Positions 31,379-41,658 of a stretch of 64,000 bases of DNA are shown piece by piece (the stretch's first letter is position 1; the number at the start of each line of letters is the position of its first letter). The notes below the pieces were generated by a model. It was not told the DNA's origin. It was given only the letters and a program-made list of their open reading frames with translations, and searched no databases. A program made the translations under genes and the position numbers. Source of the stretch: an uncultured Candidatus Rokubacteria bacterium (lineage in GTDB: Bacteria; Methylomirabilota; Methylomirabilia; Rokubacteriales; CSP1-6); contig CAWBMV010000036.1 of NCBI GenBank assembly GCA_963789955.1, positions 128,001 to 192,000 of the forward strand. Direction: 5' to 3'.

Positions 31379-32014
31379 GTGGTGGGCTTTGAGATCAGGA
31401 CGGCCGAGGAGTTCGCCGCGCGCGACCTGCAGAGCCTCTGGCCGGCTCGACGCGCCGCGCGCGGGAGGCCGGAGTTCCGGCGTGTCCTCCAGCTCTTCGT
31501 CGAGCGAGGCGGACCGGTTCTCATCGACGAGATGTCCCAGGCTCTCGTTGCTCTGGATGACGAGGACCTGATCCGTATCCAGGACGGGAAAATCGACGTC
31601 GCGTATCCCTTTACGGCGTCGCCCACTTCGTTTGCGGTACGGCTGCCCGATGGTCAGGAGAGGTTCGCCTGCTGCGCCGTGGACGCGCTCGGCATCGCGC
31701 CGATGATCGGGCAACCGGTCGAGATCCGCTCGCGCTGCCATCATTGCGGGGCGCCGCTCGATCTGACGTCGACCCCGGAGGGGCCGCGACCTGAAGGGTC
31801 GGACGTGATGCTCTGGATCGGCCAGCGGGCCGACGATCGCTGCAAGATCGCCGATTCGCTCTGAACGACGATCAACTTCTTCCGGTCGGAAGAGCACCTG
31901 AGGGCGTGGCGAGCCGAGAATCCAGCCGCAGAAGGCGCCGGCACCACGCTCATCGAAGGCTTCAAGCTCGGCGCGCGAATCTTCGGCGGCCTGCTCACAG
32001 GAGAGCGCAGATGA
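31379..32014 (+). CDS. MerB-like organomercurial lyase, probable selenoprotein (TGA 31862-31864 = Sec162)
   Basis: [26 protein letters not shown], then [21 protein letters not shown]...GARIFG continuing in frame to a TGA that overlaps the next ATG. Confidence 0.85.
31877..31894 (+). promoter_or_regulatory. Putative bacterial SECIS hairpin
   Basis: TTCTTCC-GGTC-GGAAGAG; the stem starts 12 nt after the in-frame TGA and the apical loop is GGUC. Confidence 0.75.
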
Positions 32015-32802
32015 CACCAGGAACCGAGGAGGTCAAGGTCGCGCGGGACGGTCGCGTCATGACGATTACCCTGGACAGACCGGGCGATCAGAACCGGCTG
32101 ACGCGAGACGTGCTGCTGGCCTTGCAGGGAATCGTCGAGTGCCTCAGGGAGGACGACGAGACTCAGGCTGTCGTCATCGCCGGTGCCGGCGCCGAATTCT
32201 TCTCGATGGGGATCCTGAATCCGATCGTCCGGGCGAGCTACACGAAGGACCAGATCCTCGACATGGTCCGCACGGCGAATCGTCTCTACGACGCGCTCGA
32301 AGCCCTGCCACAGATCGTGATCGTGGCGTTCAACGGCGCCGCGCGCGCGGGCGCGGCCGAGCTCTCGCTCGCGTGCGATATCCGGCTGGCGGCGGCTCAC
32401 GCGACGTGGGCGCTGCCCGAAGCGCTGTGGGGCGGGTTCCCGGGCGCCGGCGGCCCCGTCCGCCTGCCGGGTATCGTCGGCCGGGCGCGGGCGCTCGAGC
32501 TGATCTGCACCGGGCGCGAGATCGACGCCGCCGAGATGGAACGGCTCGGGCTCGTGCTCGCGGTCTATCCCGCGGCGCGACTGCTTGCCGAGGCGCAGGC
32601 ACTCGCCGCCCGCATCTCGGCCAGCGGCCCGATCGCGACGCGAGGCGCCAAGCGCATCATGAACGTCCGCAACACGGCCGGCTTCGGCGCGGCGCGGGAG
32701 CTGTCAGACGCGCTTCGTCACGCCCTGGAGTGGAGCAAAGACATCGACGAGGGGATGATCGCGCACCGCGAGCATCGCGCGCCTCGCTTCACCGGACGCT
32801 GA
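32011..32802 (+). CDS. Enoyl-CoA hydratase/isomerase family protein
   Basis: [42 protein letters not shown]. Confidence 0.92.
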   Translation: MTPGTEEVKVARDGRVMTITLDRPGDQNRLTRDVLLALQGIVECLREDDETQAVVIAGAGAEFFSMGILNPIVRASYTKDQILDMVRTANRLYDALEALPQIVIVAFNGAARAGAAELSLACDIRLAAAHATWALPEALWGGFPGAGGPVRLPGIVGRARALELICTGREIDAAEMERLGLVLAVYPAARLLAEAQALAARISASGPIATRGAKRIMNVRNTAGFGAARELSDALRHALEWSKDIDEGMIAHREHRAPRFTGR

Positions 32803-32812
32803 CCGCCCAGCG

Positions 32813-34014
32813 TCAGCCGACGGTGACCGGTTTGATCTCGCGAAGACGCGGCAGCACTTCGTTCGAGAAGAGGCGGATGCTCTTTTCCGACTCGGCGTGG
32901 GTCATGAAGCCGGAGCGGCCGACCAGGCTCAGGTGGCCGAAGCCGCCGACCTTGTCGTAGAAGTCCATGACCTGCTTGTAGACGCTGTCCGGGTTGCCCG
33001 CGAACAGGATGCCCTGCGCCATGGCCTGCTCGGCGCTCAGCGACGTGAGCCGCGCGGCGTTCTGACCCGCCGAGAGCACGCCTGCCGGCGGTCCCGCCTT
33101 CGGCGCCGTCCGATAGATCTGCGGCGCGGCCTCGGGCGGCGCGGTGCCGGGCAGGAAGCTCGAGTACTGCGGAGCCGACTTGAGGCTCGTGTGGAGGAAC
33201 CAGAGGAGCTTGCTCGCCGACGCGGAGCCCCTCTTCGTCCGTGTCGCCGACGTAGACGAAGGCCGCGTAGGCGAAGTTGTCGGTCGTCACCTTCGGCAAG
33301 CCCAGCTCGGCGCGCGCCTTGCGATGCGCCGCGTAGGCCCGCTTCGTGCCCTCGGGCCCGCGCAGGACGAGGACGTGCACCAGGCCGCGCCGCCCGACCT
33401 CGGCCGCGGTCTCGGGATCCCCGGTGGCCGACCACATGCGGGGATGCGGCTGCTGCCACGGGCGGGGCCAGATGTTCACGTGACGGTGCGTGAAGTGCTT
33501 GCCCTCCCAGCTGAACGGGCCGTCGTGATGACTGAGCGCCTTCTTGATGAGGTCGATCGCCTCCCAGTAGCGCTCGATGTTGTTCACGGGGTTCGCGTTG
33601 TTCGACGCCATCTCGGTGCCGCCCGATTTGACGAAGCCGATCTCGAGCCGGCCGCGCGAGATGACGTCCGCCGTCGCGTACTCCTCGGCGACCCGCACCG
33701 GGTCTTTTCGGAGCGATATCAAGGTGCCGAGGCTGAGGATCCGCACCTGACGTGTCTGGCGGGCGAGGATGCCGACCAGCAGCGGATTGGCGCCGAGGAG
33801 CGAGTTGATCCCGGCGTGGTGCTCCACCGCCAGAACGTTCAGGCCGAGGTCGTCGCACAGGAGAAACTCGTCGATGACCTCCTCGAACAGGTCGGCGGCC
33901 ACCTTCGGATCGCAATAGCGATTGGGCAGGCTGGCGCGGACGGAGTCGGTCGCGTTGATGCACTTCCTGAGGCACGAACGGGTACGGAACTTCGCACTGC
34001 CACCAAGCGTCCAT
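32813..34014 (-). CDS. LLM flavin-dependent oxidoreductase, frameshifts near 33955 and 33215
   Basis: VEHHAG, DPVRVAEEYATADVISRGRLEIG, NIWPRPWQQPHP, SIRLFSNEVLPRL. Confidence 0.88.
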
Positions 34015-34038
34015 CGTGCTCTCTCCCCGAAAGCCGCG

Positions 34039-34809
34039 TCAGCGATTCAGGAACTTCACGACCGTGTCGACGAAGGCTCTGGCCTGCTCGATCTCGGGAT
34101 GATGACCGGCGCGCTCGATCAGCTCGAAGCGCGAGCCGGGGATCAGCTCGCTGTAGGCGCGCCCGTACGACGGCTTCACGATGCCGTCGCTGGCGCCCCA
34201 CACGACGAGCGTCGGCACCGCGATGCGGCGCAGCCAGCGCTTGAGCTGCGGATTGTACATGTACGGATTCCAGCCGTAGAGACAGAGCGCGTCCCAGTTG
34301 CGGGCGCGGATGACGAGCTCGTCATCGGACAGGGCGTCGAGATCGGGCGTCCACGTCGCGGGATCGTGCCAGCTCCGCCGCTGCACCTCCGGCGGCGCCG
34401 TGTTGAAGACGTCCAGAATGTCCTGCGTCTCGCGGTCGCTGATCTTGATGCCGAAGGCGTCGACCAGCACGAGCCCGTCGAGCCGATGGCCGCACTTGAC
34501 GGCGATCTCCGCGGCCAGCCATCCGCCGAACGAGAGCCCCATCAACGTCACCTTCTCGTGAGGCAGCGCCTCGAGCACGTCCAGATAGAAGTGGACGAGG
34601 TCGTACACGGTCTCGAAGTCCGCCGGGCGCACCGACCGCCCGAAGCCCGGATGGGACGGAGCGATGATCTCGGCGTGATGGCCGAGCATGTCCAGAAACG
34701 GCGCCCGCGGCTCGACGGTCTGCGCTCCGTGCAGCAGCAGCACGGGACGACCGGCGCCGCGTCGCAGCACTTCCAGCTCGATTCCCCCGACGACGAGCCC
34801 CGCTGACAT
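34039..34809 (-). CDS. Alpha/beta hydrolase
   Basis: LLHG, HPGFG, GLSFGG, VWGASDG, AGHHPEIE. Confidence 0.9.
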   Translation of the reverse strand: MSAGLVVGGIELEVLRRGAGRPVLLLHGAQTVEPRAPFLDMLGHHAEIIAPSHPGFGRSVRPADFETVYDLVHFYLDVLEALPHEKVTLMGLSFGGWLAAEIAVKCGHRLDGLVLVDAFGIKISDRETQDILDVFNTAPPEVQRRSWHDPATWTPDLDALSDDELVIRARNWDALCLYGWNPYMYNPQLKRWLRRIAVPTLVVWGASDGIVKPSYGRAYSELIPGSRFELIERAGHHPEIEQARAFVDTVVKFLNR

Positions 34810-34859
34810 AGCTCCTCCGCGCTTCGAGCGCATAGGGTAGCATGCGAGGGGGTGACGAC

Positions 34860-35589
34860 ATGGACATGGTCGTTCGCGTTCTCTTGCTCGGACTGGTCGT
34901 GATGGCGATCGGTGTGATCGGAGACGCGCGCGCCCAGACGCCGTCGCCGGCTCAGACGCCGACACCCGCCCCGATCGTCGGCAACATCTACTCGGTCACG
35001 TACATCGAGGTCATGCCGATCTCGAAGGCGGAGGCCGTCACCCTGCTCCGTCGCTACCGCGAGACCGCGCAAAAGGAAGGCGGCAATCTGCGCTGCGAGG
35101 TCGTGCAGCGCATCGATCAGCCGCACCAGTTCGCGATCTTCGAGATCTGGAAGGACCAGGCGGCGTTCGAGGCTCACGGCAAGAGTCCCGAGCACCACCG
35201 AGACGCGCGAGAAGATCGCCTCGATCCGCAACGCGCCGACCGACGAGCGGGTGCACACCGCCCTATCGATCGGGCCGATCGACGCGCCCGCGGCGCGCGG
35301 CGGCATCTACGTCGCGACGCACGTGGACGTCATTCCCCCGCGCAAGGACGACGGCGTCGCCGCGCTCAAGCGGCTGGGCGAGGACAGCCGCCGGGATCAC
35401 GACAATCTCCGCTTCGAGGTCGTCCAGCAGATCAGCCGGCCGAATCACTTCACGGTGATCGAGATCTGGCGCGACGCCAAGGCGGTCGAGACGCACTCGA
35501 TGGCGGCGCCGACGCGCGAGTTCCGCGACAAGCTCGCGACGATGACGGGTGCCTTGTACGACGAGCGGATGTATCGGGCGATCGACTGA
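34860..35589 (+). CDS. Exported tandem antibiotic-biosynthesis-monooxygenase (ABM) domain protein, frameshift near 35190
   Basis: Signal peptide; two repeats GNLRCEVVQ..QFAIFEIW and DNLRFEVVQ..HFTVIEIW. Confidence 0.82.
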
Positions 35590-35632
35590 CACACAGGGGA
35601 GCCTCAAGGGTTTCCCCCGAGAGCTCGGGGTC

Positions 35633-36184
35633 ATGCTACGAGAAGTGATCAGGACCGAGCGCCTGGTCCTTCGACCGTGGTCGTTCGACGACGCCGGCGA
35701 TGTTGTCCTTTACGCCAACGATGTGGAATGGAGTCGGTACCTGCGAATTGCGCAACCCTATTCGCTGGCGGATGCGCGAAAATTCATCGCCAGGCAGGTG
35801 TCGCTGAATCGTCACGAGTCCCCTTCGTGGGCCATCGAGCGTGAGGCCCGCGCCGTCGGCGGGATCAATCTGCGGCTGCTCTCCGACTTTCGGATCGGCG
35901 TGCTGGGGTACTCCATCGCCCGGGCATACGGGGGACGCGGCCTGGCCACCGAGGCCGCTCGCACCATCGTGGACGCGGCGTTCGAGGGTTACCCAACCCT
36001 CACACGCGTCAGGGCGTTGGTCGATGCGCGCAACCTCGCATCCCTGCGAGTGCTCGAGAAGATCGCGATGAGACGTGAAGCCGTTCTGTCGTTGGGCCGC
36101 CTTGGCCCTGACGGGCTGGTGGACGAAGTCTGGTGTGCGATATCGCGCAGCGAGTGGGAAGCCGAACAGGCGACTGGTCGGTGA
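35633..36184 (+). CDS. GNAT acetyltransferase, RimJ/RimL type
   Basis: IRTERLVLRP, LGYSI...GRGLATEA, NLASLRVLEK. Confidence 0.88.
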   Translation: MLREVIRTERLVLRPWSFDDAGDVVLYANDVEWSRYLRIAQPYSLADARKFIARQVSLNRHESPSWAIEREARAVGGINLRLLSDFRIGVLGYSIARAYGGRGLATEAARTIVDAAFEGYPTLTRVRALVDARNLASLRVLEKIAMRREAVLSLGRLGPDGLVDEVWCAISRSEWEAEQATGR

Positions 36185-36205
36185 AGCGCCTGGTTTCACC
36201 CCCGT

Positions 36206-38555
36206 TCATCGAATCTCGATCCGACGCGCGCGCGCCTTCACGACCACGATACGTTCATCGAGCGTCCACCCGGCCTCGCTTCGCTCGAGCGCCGGGCCGT
36301 CTAGCCTGGGGTATCGGCAGACCGTCTGCCGAAACGGAGCGAACAGGACCTCCCTGGCGGAGCCGGAGGATGTAGGTCGCCGGCGTCGCGCTCGCTTCGA
36401 AAGCAATCTCGTTGCCCTGACGACGGCAGCGTAGAGCCACCGTGCCGGCATCCCCTCGCAAGGTGAATACGGCTTCGCTCGTGACGAACGCCTCGATCGT
36501 GAGCGGATCGGCCGATCGCTCGCCCACGTGACTCCGCTCGGGACCGAGGACGACCAGGCTGTCGTCCCTGACATAGAGCGGTAGCTCCTCGAGCGGCACC
36601 TGACGCCGGATCGTCGTCGGCCCCTCGTGGACGGCGCCGGTCCACCAGTCGGTCCACTTCCCGCGCGGCAGGTACGTCGTGACCACGCCGTCCTCGCGAA
36701 CGACCGGGGACACGAGCAGCTCGCGCCCGAGACAGTACTGCAGATCGAACGCATACCCGGCCGGATCGTCGGGAAACTCCATCACCATCGGCCGCATCAG
36801 CGGCACGCCGTCCTCCGACGCCTGCCAGCCGTAGCTCACCAGGTACGGCACGAGTCGGCTGCGCAGCCGGGCGTACTGACGGAAGATCCGCAGCGCCTCG
36901 TCCCCGTAGCGCCACGGCTCGCGCGGCGTCGCCCCATGAAATCGGCTCAGCGCCGAGAAAAATCCGCACTGCGACCAGCGCACGAAGAGCTCCGGCGACG
37001 GATCGCCCCAGAAGCCACCCATGTCGTGGCTCCAGTACGCGAGGCCGCTCATCGACGCGGCGAGGCCGCCGCGCACGGTGTTGGCGAGATCGATGAACGT
37101 GCACTCCGGGTCGCCCGACCAGTGGCCCGGATAGCGCTGGACACCCGGCGCGGCGCTCCGCGACCACGCCACGACGCGCTCGGCGCGCGCATGCGTCGCG
37201 TCGAAGACTTCCTTCTGGAACAGGAGCGGATACGGATTGTGCATCTCGGCGCCGGTGAGCCCGTTGGCGAAGACCGCGTCGGCGGGAATCTCCTCGGCGA
37301 AGTCCGGCTTGAACGAATCGGCGCCGAGCTCGAGCTGCTCGGTGAGCTTGCGGCGGTACCACTCCGCGGCCGCCGGGTTCGTGAAGTCGACGATCGCGCA
37401 GAGCCCCATGCCACGCTCGGTGCGCTGACTCCAGACGATCGGATGATAGACGCTGCCGTCGGGCCTCCGAAGGAAGTAGCCGTGTGTCGCGCCCTCGCGA
37501 TAGAGAGCGCTCTGGAGCGACACGTAGGGATTGATCCACAGGCAATTGTGAAAGCCTTCCTTGTGAAGCTCGGCCATGAGCCGCTTGGGATCCGGCAGAC
37601 GCGCCGAGTCCCACTCGAAGTCGCACCACATGTAGGCGCGCTGCCAGAATGAATCCAGGTTGAAGACGTCGCAGGGAATCCCCTCGGCGCGCAGGCGCCG
37701 GGCGACCTCGAGGACCGACGCCTCGGTGAACTGCACGAAACAGGTCGAGGCCCAGAGGCCGAATGCCCACTCGGGGGGCACGGCCGGTCGCCCGGTCAGC
37801 CCGGTGTACGCGGTCACGATCTCCTTCGGTGTGCCGGCCATCAGGTAGTAGTCGAGCTCCTCGCCCTCCGCCTGCACCGTATAGGCGCGGTTCGACAGGC
37901 TGCCCAGGTGAAAGCCGACGGCGGTCGGCACGTCCACGAAGAGCCCGTAACGGCGGCTGCCGACGACGACCGGAAGGTTCTTGTACGCGAGCTCGGAGCG
38001 CGCGCCGTACGGGTTCCGGTTCCAGATCCGCACGGTCCGACCGACCAGGTCGAGCCGGCCGAACCGCTCGCCGCTGCCGTAGAAGTGATCCTCGGGATCG
38101 AGCAGCAATGTCTCGACCACGCCGCGAACGCGCCGGGCCGGGTCGTGCGGCAGGCTCTCGACCTCGAATCCGGGCCGCGGCCCGAATCGCTGGCCGGCGA
38201 AGTTGGCGTCGTCGCTTACCTGATGGGTCAGGAGCCGGCCGTCCGGCGTGCGGAACACCAGCTGCCACGGATCGAGCGTGGCCTCGACGACGAGATGGGT
38301 CATGCGCAACGTGACACGATTCGGGCCCTCATCGACGGACCACGAACCCGGATCGGGCCGCCCGACGACGTAGCTGAAGCGCTTGGCCGGGGCCACCGGC
38401 CCGGCCGTCGTCCGGACGCGAACGATGCGCGGAGCGACGGCGCTCAGCGCCACGCGCGCGGCCGCGAGCAGTTCCGTCACGCACTGGAATTCGATGCCCG
38501 CAGGCGTCCGCTCCCAGCCGAGCGCCCTGATGATGCCGAGATTGCGAGTCTCCAC
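36206..38555 (-). CDS. GH31 glycoside hydrolase (alpha-xylosidase-like), probable frameshift near 36300
   Basis: FKPDFAE nucleophile region, HWSGD, WSHDMGGF, PLMRPMVMEFPDDP. Confidence 0.9.
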
Positions 38556-38561
38556 GTCGAT

Positions 38562-39386
38562 CTACCCCTTGACCGCCCCGAGGGTGAGGCCTTTGACCAG
38601 GTAGCGCTGCAGGGCGACCGTCATGACGATATTGGGAAGCATCACCATCACCGCGGCCGCGCTCATCTCGCCGTAGAGCGGCCCGGCGTCGGTGTTGAGC
38701 CCGGCGATGACCACGGGCAACGTCTTGGCCTCGACGCCGCTCAGGATCAGCGCGAACAGGAACTCGTTCCAGGACACGAGAAACGCGAAGATCGCCGCGA
38801 CGACGAGCCCGGGCGCGGCGATCGGAATCACGATCCGGATCAGCACGCCGAGACGCGAGCAGCCGTCGATCATCGCTGCCTCCTCCACGTCCAGCGGCAC
38901 CTCGACGAAGAATCCGATCAGGAGCCAGATCGAGAACGGCAGCGCGAACGAGACATACGCCACCAGGAGGCCCGTGTACGTGTCGAGCAAGCCGAGCCGC
39001 TGCATCATCAAGTAGTACGGCACCACGAGCACCATGCGCGGCGCCATCCGCGTCACCAGGACGAGGAACCGCACCGCTTCCGAGCCGCGGAAGTGAAAGC
39101 GCGCGAAGCCATAGCCGACGAGCGTGCCGAGCACGAGGCTTCCGAGCGTGGTCCCGATCGCGATCACCAGGCTGTTCTTCAAGTACTGAAGGAACGGAAT
39201 GTTGTTCAGCACGCGCGTGTAGTTGTCGAGGATCGGCGTGAAGAGCCACTGCGGCGGCCTGGCGTAGAGCGCGAGCTCGGTCTTGAAGGACGCGGTGGTG
39301 ATCCAGTAGATCGGGAACAGCGTCCAGGCCAGGACGGGTACCAGTGCCACACCGGTCAGGGTCGCGCGCAGCCGGGACGGCTTCAC
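38562..39386 (-). CDS. Carbohydrate ABC transporter permease
   Basis: EEAAMIDGCSR EAA loop; SWNEFLFAL. Confidence 0.93.
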   Translation of the reverse strand: MKPSRLRATLTGVALVPVLAWTLFPIYWITTASFKTELALYARPPQWLFTPILDNYTRVLNNIPFLQYLKNSLVIAIGTTLGSLVLGTLVGYGFARFHFRGSEAVRFLVLVTRMAPRMVLVVPYYLMMQRLGLLDTYTGLLVAYVSFALPFSIWLLIGFFVEVPLDVEEAAMIDGCSRLGVLIRIVIPIAAPGLVVAAIFAFLVSWNEFLFALILSGVEAKTLPVVIAGLNTDAGPLYGEMSAAAVMVMLPNIVMTVALQRYLVKGLTLGAVKG

Positions 39387-39387
39387 G

Positions 39388-40257
39388 TCAGCTCCGCGCG
39401 CCCTGCGGTCTCAAGATCGCGCGCAGCAGGACGAAGCACATCACCGCCACGATGATCAGGGTGACGATGCCGATCGCGTTGGCCTCGCCCATGTGGCCGA
39501 GGCCGAATGCTCGGTAGTTCAGCATCTGCATGGTCTGGGTGGCGGTGCCGGGCCCGCCGCCGGTGAGCACGAAGATGATGTCGAACTCGCGGAAGGCGTC
39601 CATCCCGCGGATGAGGACGGCCAGCAGCATGATGTAGGTGAGCAACGGCACCGTGATGTGCCGGAAGCTCTGCCAGGCGGACGCGCCGTCCACCGCGGCC
39701 GCCTCGAACAGCTCGGCCGGAAGCACCTCGAGGCCCGCGTACATCACGAGGAACATGAACGGGATCGTGCGCCAGGCGTCGACGAGCGTGATCGACACGA
39801 GCGCCAGCCGCGGATCGCTGAGCCAGGGCAGGGGACTGAGCCCGACTGCGCCCAGGTAGTAGTTCAGCACGCCAAGCTCGGGATGGAAGATCACGCGCCA
39901 CATCGTGGCGCCGACGACGGGCACGACGAAGAGCGGCAGCAGCAAGAGGACGCGGATCGGACGGAGAAACTTGAACGGCTGAGCGAAGAGCAGCGCGAGC
40001 CCGAGCCCGGCCAGGAACTCGACCAGCACGGCACCCGCGGTGAAGAAGGTGGTGACGACGACGGCGCGCGTGAATTCTGGATCGTCGGCGAAGCGCGTGT
40101 AGTTGGCGAGCCCGACGAATCGGATGTCGCGCGGGCGGATCAGCCACCAGTTGTAGAGGCTGATCCACGCTGAATAGGCGAGCGGGATCAGATCGATCGC
40201 GAACAGGAACACCAGGCCCGGAAGCAGGAACCAGCGTCCTGCCCTGCCGCCGGCCAT
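39388..40257 (-). CDS. Carbohydrate ABC transporter permease
   Basis: FVGLANY, FEAAAVDGAS, LTGGGPG. Confidence 0.93.
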   Translation of the reverse strand: MAGGRAGRWFLLPGLVFLFAIDLIPLAYSAWISLYNWWLIRPRDIRFVGLANYTRFADDPEFTRAVVVTTFFTAGAVLVEFLAGLGLALLFAQPFKFLRPIRVLLLLPLFVVPVVGATMWRVIFHPELGVLNYYLGAVGLSPLPWLSDPRLALVSITLVDAWRTIPFMFLVMYAGLEVLPAELFEAAAVDGASAWQSFRHITVPLLTYIMLLAVLIRGMDAFREFDIIFVLTGGGPGTATQTMQMLNYRAFGLGHMGEANAIGIVTLIIVAVMCFVLLRAILRPQGARS

Positions 40258-40271
40258 CGCCGGGCGCGCCG

Positions 40272-41523
40272 CTATTTCCCGAGGATCCGGTTCGTCCCCG
40301 CGTCGATCTCCTTCAGCGCGGCCTCCAAGGTCAGCTCGCCGGCGGTCAGCCTGCCGGCCGTGACGCGGAGATTCTCCTGGATGTCCGCGTACTCTCGCAG
40401 CCGCGGCCGCTCCTTCGTGATTTGTAAGCTCACGAGCAGCGTATCGGCATACGGCAGCGCCGCCTTCGTGCTGGGGTCCTTGAGCACGGAGAAGCGCGGG
40501 CTGTGGATCGCGGAGGTGGCGCTCGGAAACGTCACCGCCGCCTGGCCGAACTCGCGCCCGGAGAGCCACGTGGCGAACTGCCAGGCCGCGTCCTGGTTCG
40601 CGCTGTTCTTGGCGATCCCGATCGTCCACACGCCGCGCATCGGCGTCTGCCGAACCGCTTTCGGCACCTGCGCGTACCCGAGCTTGCCGGCGACGCTCGA
40701 GCGCGTCTTGTCTTCCATCGGCTTGGCGCCCGACGCCCACTGGATCGCCATCGCGGCCTGGCCGAGCTGGATCGCCTTGTTTACGTCGGCGAAGTTGTAG
40801 CTCTTGACGTTGGGCGGCGTGTACTTCAAGAGCTCCAGAAAGACCTCGCCGCCCTTCTTGCCGGCCGCGCTGTTCAGGCTGCCCTTGCCGCCGTCGACCA
40901 GCTCGGCGCCGTACGACCACATCGCCAGCAGCATGTAGAGCGCGGTCTGGATGTCGCTGCTCGCGGTGATCGCGATGCCGTACTGCTGCTTGGCGGGATC
41001 GTGAAGAGCCTTGGCGTCGGCCAGGAGCTCGTCCCACGTGGTCGGCGGCTTCAGCCCTTTCTGGTCGAAGAGATCCTTGCGGTACACGAGGAGCTGCACG
41101 TTGGGATCGACCGGCACCGCGTACTGCGTGCCCTGGAACGCGCCCGACGCGACCGTCGTGGGCACGAAGTCGGCCATGTCCAGGGTCTTCATCCGCTCGT
41201 TGAGCGGCAGGAGAAACTCCGACAGCGGCGGAATCCACGGCTCGTCCATGAACAGGACGTCGTACCGGCCGCCCGTGCTCAGGGAGAGGAGCTGCTTCTT
41301 GTACAGGTCACCGAACGGCGCGGCGTCGACCACGACCTTGATGCCGGTCTTCTTCTCGAACTCCGGCAGGTTCGCGCGCAGCACGTCTTCCTTGTAGCCG
41401 GCGAGCATCGAGAGCGTGATCGTCTTGCTCTGCGCCGACACCGGCGCGTCGGCGACCGGCGCGACCGCCAGCAGGAGGACGAGCGCCGCCGCCAGACGTG
41501 CGAAGCTCGCGAGCGATCCTCAT
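40272..41523 (-). CDS. Sugar ABC transporter substrate-binding protein (probable indel in the signal peptide)
   Basis: FEKKTGIKV, LVYRKDLF...PTTWDEL. The hydrophobic signal is in frame, but the ATG at 41523 is one base off. Confidence 0.9.
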
Positions 41524-41658
41524 TATCGGCATCTCGGCCCCGCGTCGAGAATGGCGCGACGCTACGCCACGCTCCGGGGCTGTCAAGCGACCGAGGCGGG
41601 GGATGGGAGCACTTGGGGGATCGGCCCACTGACGGTAAGATCCACCAGCGGTTCCACG

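Noticed and set aside
31379..31864. Truncated merB pseudogene
   Set aside because: The stop falls at the catalytic Cys column, the downstream frame is open and MerB-like, a SECIS-like hairpin follows, and the frame couples to the next gene.
35590..35632. Two small hairpins before the GNAT gene as cassette or IS ends
   Set aside because: No matching partner downstream, no attC core sites and no integrase; probably a terminator.
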